A stretch of 64,000 nt of DNA from an uncultured Chloroflexia bacterium (lineage in GTDB: Bacteria > Chloroflexota > Anaerolineae > Anaerolineales > UBA4823): the NCBI GenBank assembly GCA_963822175.1, contig CAWGGJ010000003.1:582802-646801 (forward strand). The letters run 5' to 3'. Below are positions 59,131 to 64,000 of the stretch, piece after piece. The notes beneath the pieces are model-generated. The model saw nothing but the letters and a program-made list of their open reading frames with translations, did no database searches and was not told the origin of the DNA. Numbering within the stretch: the stretch's first letter is position 1; every line of letters begins with the position of its first letter. The position numbers and the translations under genes were made by a program.

Positions 59131-60414
59131 ATGAAGAAGTTATTCCTGTTTTTACTGCTCATGGCTGTCGGTCTGGTTGGATGCATCCCCCAGCCACAGG
59201 CTACTCCCACCGTTACTGCCACCAGTGAGCCCCGCCCGGTTCCCACAGTCGTGCTATCAGTCCCGACAGAATCCACCTTTCTGCCTGACTCTGGCTGCAC
59301 CGTGATCACGAAGCAGCCTACGCCAGGCCCGACTGCTGAATCGATCTATCCACCTGTCACGGATGCAGATCACAGCAAAGGACCTGAAGACGCCAAGGTG
59401 ACGATCATCGAATATTCCGATTTTCAGTGACCCTACTGCGCCCAGCTTGCTCCCGTGATGGAGCAACTCCTCAAGCAATACCCGGATGATCTGCGTTTTG
59501 TTTATCGCCAGTTTCCCCTCATCGGTACACCCGAAAATCCGTTCCACGATAAAGCCGCCCTCGCCACCCAGGCTTCTGAAGCCGCCGGTAAACAGGGTAA
59601 ATTTTGGGAAATGCATGATGTCCTCTTCAATGAACAAGCGGATTGGTCGGCAATGACGGTTGCAGATTTTGAGCAATGGCTGATCCAAAAAGCTGGAGAG
59701 ATCGACCTGGATGTGGAAGAATTCTCAAAAGATCTGAATAGTGAAGAACTAGTGAAGCTGGCCCAGGCCGGCTGGGATGATAGCCAGAAAATGGGCTTGT
59801 CGGGTACACCATCCCTATTCATCAATGGCCAGGCCTGGCCGAGTAATGTGAGTATCAATGCCTACAACCTGTCAACGCTCATCGAGCTAACCTTGCTGGA
59901 AGATCGCCAATTCACCCAGTGCCCTCCGATGGCCATTGACCCCACCAAACAATACGTTGCCACCCTGCACACTGAAAAGGGGGATGTGGTCATCGAGCTT
60001 TTCGCTGACAAAGCCCCCCTCGCCGTAAATAGCTTCATCTTCCTGGCCGAGAATGGCTGGTTCGATGGTGTTACCTTCCACCGGGTCATCCCCGGGTTCG
60101 TTGCCCAGGCAGGTGACCCCAGTGGGACGGGTTATGGCACACCGGGCTATGCCTTTAAGAACGAGATCTCCCCCGACCTGAAATTCGATGGTCCGGGTGT
60201 ATTAGGCATGGCCAATGCCGGCGCCGATTCAAATGGCAGCCAGTTCTTCATCACCTACGCTGCCCAACCCACACTGGATGGCAGTTATACCGTTTTCGGT
60301 CATGTGATCGAGGGCATGGACGTGGTAACCAGCCTCACCGAGCGGGATCCAGCCTCTTCCGGCGACCTTCCACCAGGTGACAAAATCCTCAGCATAACCA
60401 TCGAGGAAAAATGA
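59131..60414 (+). CDS. DsbA-like thiol:disulfide oxidoreductase fused to cyclophilin-type PPIase; lipoprotein; in-frame TGA (codon 100) at the first Cys of CPYC (possible Sec)
   Basis: Track ORFs 58981..59430 and 59455..60414 are in the same frame, separated by TGA 59428-59430. Read-through gives VTIIEYSDFQ-TGA-PYCAQLAPVMEQLLKQYPDDLRFVYRQFPL...GKFWEMHDVLF (DsbA/Thioredoxin_4). The C-terminal part reads GDVVIELFADKAPLAVNSFIFLAENGWFDGVTFHRVIPGFVAQAGDP...GMANAGADSNGSQFFI (cyclophilin). GGAG lies 6 nt before ATG 59131. Lipobox LVGC. Confidence 0.75.
59447..59466 (+). promoter_or_regulatory. SECIS-like stem-loop downstream of the in-frame TGA
   Basis: TTGCTCC (59447-59453), loop CGTGAT, GGAGCAA (59460-59466). 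A perfect 7-bp stem beginning 16 nt after the TGA, extendable by A-T and G-C pairs if C59446 bulges. Confidence 0.45.
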
Positions 60415-60471
60415 GTTTATCCCTTCCAGGAACAGGTTTTTCCCATCTGCTCCTGGAAGGATGATCCTGTT

Positions 60472-61908
60472 ATGTCCACACCTTACCCATCCAACCAGCC
60501 TTCAGCCACACCGATCAACGGACCAGCTCTGATACAGCTGGTATTCAGCGCCTTGGCAGCCATACTATTGCTGGGTTTGGCGGTTCTGATCGCTGTTTCG
60601 GGTATTTTCCAGTATCTCAGCCAGGAATTTAGCAGCACCGAGCTCACCCAATCAATGATGGTTGCCTCCAGCCTGGCATTTGCCGGGGTGTTGGTACTGC
60701 CCTCTGCCTGGTACGCCTGGGTGGATTTCGCCAATCCCCAGGCAGTACACAAATCGCGGCCCGAACAACGTGACTATACTCTTATACTCACCTTGCTGGT
60801 ACTTGTTGGTGTATCTCTCGCCCTATTGCTGGGTAGCTGGGCTTCACAAAATGACCAGCTTTCATGGTTCCTGCTTCCGTTCCTTAACATCATCGCCACT
60901 GGGTTGCCAGCTTTATGGCTGGTCTATATTGGCACGCATGGCCTGCTTTTCGGTTCACCCAGGCGTCGATGGGGGGTATTTGCCAGCGGTCTGATCTTGA
61001 GCCCAGCGATCATCCTGGTTCTGGAGCTGTTTGTAATCATCGCCCTGCTTTTCCTGGTCCTTTTTTGGGCGATGGTGGATCCCAATATCTCTAGCCAGCT
61101 CACCAACCTGGTATTTCGATTGCAAAATTCTACGCTCAACCCGGATGATGTTCTGAATATTCTCTCTCCCATGTTCCTCCGTCCAGGGATAATATTTCTC
61201 GTCTTTGCCTTCATTTCGGTCATCATCCCCCTGATCGAGGAAGCATTAAAACCCATTGGTGTATGGTTCCAGGCTGGTCAAAAAATCACCCCAGCCCAGG
61301 GGTTTGCCTACGGTGTTCTCTGCGGGGCTGGTTTCGGTCTCTTTGAAAACCTTGGAAACACCAGTGTCGGGGGCGAAATGTGGGTGGTCCTGGCCTCCAC
61401 CCGCATCTCCACGCTGCTCCTGCATAGTCTGACCACTGGCCTGGTGGGTTGGGCATTAGCGTCTGCCTGGAGCCAGAAACGATACATGCGCCTCGGTCTT
61501 GTTTACACCTTTGCTGTATTATTGCATGGCTGTTGGAATGGGTTGGCAGTTTTAAGCTCCCTTAGCTCCCTCGAATTCCAGGCAAACATTCCCCTACCTG
61601 ATTTCCTGCTCCAGATCGGAAATCTGGCCATCATCGGGATAGTTGGCTTGGGTGCATTTAACCTCGTCCTGTTTATCAGCTTTAGCACATTTTTACGCAA
61701 TAGCCTTAAAAGACAATCACCACCATCAACAGGGTTAGATGGTTTTAACACACCCCTCATCGACGAACCCACTTCAGTCGAGTACGGTGAAATTTCAACC
61801 CTTTCCACGCAGTCGCCAAGCCGATCACCTGGATTGGAACCATCACCCCCTCCGATCGTCGATGACAACCCCTTCACGATTGAAGAAAATCCTCCTTCTA
61901 CCGGATGA
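60472..61908 (+). CDS. PrsW-family intramembrane protease
   Basis: 478 aa, polytopic. Motifs: IEEALKPIG (EExxK), FGLFENLGN, LLHSLTTG, LLHGCWNG. Pro/Ser-rich cytoplasmic tail. Confidence 0.75.
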   Translation: MSTPYPSNQPSATPINGPALIQLVFSALAAILLLGLAVLIAVSGIFQYLSQEFSSTELTQSMMVASSLAFAGVLVLPSAWYAWVDFANPQAVHKSRPEQRDYTLILTLLVLVGVSLALLLGSWASQNDQLSWFLLPFLNIIATGLPALWLVYIGTHGLLFGSPRRRWGVFASGLILSPAIILVLELFVIIALLFLVLFWAMVDPNISSQLTNLVFRLQNSTLNPDDVLNILSPMFLRPGIIFLVFAFISVIIPLIEEALKPIGVWFQAGQKITPAQGFAYGVLCGAGFGLFENLGNTSVGGEMWVVLASTRISTLLLHSLTTGLVGWALASAWSQKRYMRLGLVYTFAVLLHGCWNGLAVLSSLSSLEFQANIPLPDFLLQIGNLAIIGIVGLGAFNLVLFISFSTFLRNSLKRQSPPSTGLDGFNTPLIDEPTSVEYGEISTLSTQSPSRSPGLEPSPPPIVDDNPFTIEENPPSTG

Positions 61909-61914
61909 AACCTG

Positions 61915-62580
61915 ATGAATTTAATGCTCTATATTATTGACTTGATCCTTCACATGGATAAATATCTTGGTCAGATCATCCAGGAGTATGGCACCTGGAC
62001 ATACCTGATCCTGTTTATTGTGATTTTTATGGAAACCGGTTTTGTGGTTACCCCTTTCCTCCCAGGCGACTCGTTGCTGTTCGCTGCAGGTACTTTTGCT
62101 GGTATGGGATACTTGAACATTGGGATTTTATTCGCTCTCATGGCGATAGCCGCCATCGCCGGGGATACGGTCAATTATTGGATTGGTCATAAAGTCGGCC
62201 CACGTGCTTTTAGTGGTAATGTCCGCTATCTTAAAAAAGAGTACCTGGACCGCACCCATGCATTTTATGAGAAGCATGGTGGCAAGACCATAATCATCGC
62301 TCGCTTCATCCCCATTATCCGTACCTTCGCCCCTTTTGTTGCTGGTGTGGGTGCAATGACCTATGGCAGGTTCGTTTCTTTCAACGTAATCGGTGGCCTG
62401 GCATGGGTGGCATTGTTCACCCTCGGGGGTTATTTTTTTGGCAACCTGCCCTTCGTACAGGATAATTTCTCCATAGTCATCATTGCAATTATCCTCATTT
62501 CAGTCATGCCTGCTGTCATTGAGTTACTCAAAAGCCGCAGGAGACCCAAACAGGAACCGGAACCCCCTGCCAGTGTTTAA
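61915..62580 (+). CDS. DedA family membrane protein
   Basis: 221 aa. Motifs: FVVTPFLPGDSLLFAAG, HGGKTIIIARFIPIIRTFAPFVAG. Confidence 0.9.
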   Translation: MNLMLYIIDLILHMDKYLGQIIQEYGTWTYLILFIVIFMETGFVVTPFLPGDSLLFAAGTFAGMGYLNIGILFALMAIAAIAGDTVNYWIGHKVGPRAFSGNVRYLKKEYLDRTHAFYEKHGGKTIIIARFIPIIRTFAPFVAGVGAMTYGRFVSFNVIGGLAWVALFTLGGYFFGNLPFVQDNFSIVIIAIILISVMPAVIELLKSRRRPKQEPEPPASV

Positions 62581-62618
62581 ACTCGCTTTCACCCATGTAA
62601 CGCGGTAAAATCATCCAT

Positions 62619-63452
62619 ATGGATCAGCCATCCCTTGAGGCTACCCTGGCTGATTTAAACCTGCCAGCGATCCGCTACTTTCAAAGTATTGGCTCCACGA
62701 ATGATGAAGCCTGGAATTGGATTGGAGCTGGAGCTCCAAACCAGGCTCTGGTGGTTGCAGATGAGCAGACTGCCGGCCGTGGACGGGTGCATCGTCGTTG
62801 GACCACGGTTCCAGGTGCAGGGCTGGCTTTTAGCCTGGTCCTGCTCTCTCCTCCGCTTGATCCAGTCTTCATTCCTCGCCTCACAGGGTTGGGAGCAGTT
62901 GCAATTCAAAAAGCTTTGATCAAGGAATATGCTCTACCTGCTGAGATCAAGTGGCCGAACGACATCCTGGTAAAATCCCGGAAGGTAGCCGGGGTGTTAG
63001 TGGAGGCGCATTGGAGCGGTGAAACCCTTGTTGGTGTGATCGTTGGGATTGGCATTAACATTGCACCTGAATCGGTAAGCGAGGTTAATCTACCTGCATT
63101 AGGGTTGAATTTCCCCGCCACATGCCTCGAAAATGAATATGGAAGGTCGATTGACCGTCTGGAGCTGTTACATAACATCATGGGCGAATTACTCACCAGG
63201 CTGCCAATGATTTCTCTTCCGCAATTTATCGATGAGTGGGAAACTGGCCTGGCTTTTCGAGGGCAGTGGGTGGAGTTGTCATCTGGGCTGTCTCCATTGT
63301 CCACTCAAGCACGATCAGCCCGATCCATCCCAGTAGTGGGTAAGGTGATCGGTCTTACCCAGGCTGGTTCATTAAAATTACTGACGAGTTCTGGCAAGAT
63401 CGTTACCACGGCGGAGGGTGAGTTGCGATTAAGACCTGCTCCGGCAGGTTGA
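62619..63452 (+). CDS. birA: Biotin--[acetyl-CoA-carboxylase] ligase (no N-terminal HTH)
   Basis: 277 aa. Motifs: STNDEAW, QTAGRGRVHRRW, KWPNDILV, KVAGVLVE. Confidence 0.9.
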   Translation: MDQPSLEATLADLNLPAIRYFQSIGSTNDEAWNWIGAGAPNQALVVADEQTAGRGRVHRRWTTVPGAGLAFSLVLLSPPLDPVFIPRLTGLGAVAIQKALIKEYALPAEIKWPNDILVKSRKVAGVLVEAHWSGETLVGVIVGIGINIAPESVSEVNLPALGLNFPATCLENEYGRSIDRLELLHNIMGELLTRLPMISLPQFIDEWETGLAFRGQWVELSSGLSPLSTQARSARSIPVVGKVIGLTQAGSLKLLTSSGKIVTTAEGELRLRPAPAG

Positions 63453-63490
63453 CTTTCCTTACCATCCGCTAGACCTGGAGGAAGAACACC

Positions 63491-63715
63491 ATGTTCGAAG
63501 ATTTCCGCAAACAAGCTGAACAAGCTGACTTTTCTGATGAACAACAGGAAGATGAGTTACAGGTAAAACACCCGAACGCCCATCAAGGACAATTTTTAGG
63601 CCTTAATCCCATGCAGCGTTTCATCGTTGCCTTAATGCTGTTGTTTATGATCATTGTCCTGGGAGTATTGTTCCTTCTTGTCACCTCAAAGATCACCTTC
63701 CCCTTTCTTGGATAA
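63491..63715 (+). CDS. Small membrane protein (hypothetical)
   Basis: 74 aa with an acidic N-terminus and one TM helix FIVALMLLFMIIVLGVLFLLV. GGAGGAAG upstream of the ATG. Confidence 0.5.
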   Translation: MFEDFRKQAEQADFSDEQQEDELQVKHPNAHQGQFLGLNPMQRFIVALMLLFMIIVLGVLFLLVTSKITFPFLG

Positions 63716-63765
63716 TCACCAGCTTTCCAGGGTCGTGAGCTTTATGAGAATTGACAAGCCTGACC

Positions 63766-64000
63766 TCATTCACTTTCTTTCACCCCTGCAAGCAGCAGGT
63801 CTTTTGTAGAAATTCTCGCCAACGAAGCAACGTAGTCCTCTGCTTCCAGGGAGATCAATAGGTCACAGCGGGTTGTCCTTCCCCCGCTCTTAACATCTTT
63901 CACTCTTTGCCTTAAAACCACCCCATTCGCTGAGATGATCGTCAATTCATCCACTGCTTGCACCACCCTGGCTGCAGCAATGATCCCAAAAGCCTTCAGG
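63766..64000 (-). CDS. 3' end of a gene running off the right edge; last blade resembles a GyrA/ParC C-terminal beta-pinwheel repeat
   Basis: The frame is open from the window edge: ...LKAFGIIAAARVVQAVDELTIISANGVVLRQRVKDVKSGGRTTR..LISLEAEDYVASLARI. The pattern (D.L.LIS..G...R..V.D.....R...G..L..L...D.V.....I) is like gyrase A CTD blades. The match is weak. Confidence 0.35.
   Translation of the reverse strand, partial: LKAFGIIAAARVVQAVDELTIISANGVVLRQRVKDVKSGGRTTRCDLLISLEAEDYVASLARISTKDLLLAGVKESE

Overview
This is a 64-kb chromosomal window of roughly 50% GC. The gene content (DUF2341/DUF11/LVIVD surface proteins, Pro/Thr-rich linkers, a SARP-NB-ARC-TPR regulator, a tandem kinase-like protein) suggests a Chloroflexota, Anaerolineae-like genome. 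That assignment is inference only, since no search was possible.

Two layers are visible:
1. An intact housekeeping backbone: hsp20, lipB, a sugar nucleotidyltransferase, a class I aminotransferase, glutamate dehydrogenase, dienelactone hydrolase, two DinB-family genes, dnaN, a PEP/pyruvate-binding-domain protein, deoxynucleoside kinase, an M3 oligoendopeptidase, an esterase, PrsW, DedA and birA.
2. An accessory layer: large secreted proteins, a STAND-type regulator, an IS3 remnant and an ~8-kb RHS polymorphic-toxin gene. Most of these are interrupted by single-nucleotide indels or a nonsense codon.

Most notable observations:
- (a) A DsbA-like/cyclophilin lipoprotein has an in-frame TGA exactly at the first Cys of its CPYC motif, followed by a SECIS-like hairpin. 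It is a candidate selenoprotein that the ORF track splits in two.
- (b) Two ~0.8-kb paralogous non-coding elements in direct orientation bracket the IS remnant and the RHS locus. Each opens with an identical 38-nt block carrying an extended -10 promoter. Each ends in tandem units of helically phased ATCTGYGK 8-mers, and one array lies directly upstream of dnaN.
- (c) A mosaic family of hairpin-rich repeat modules fills several gene 3' intergenic regions.
- (d) The RHS C-terminal tip is an AT-rich swapped-in cassette with no recognisable immunity gene.
- (e) A short [YF][LM]P[LI] motif recurs at the extreme C-termini of unrelated secreted proteins.

All domain calls come from motifs recognised by eye in the supplied translations. 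No alignments, folding energies or database hits were computed.
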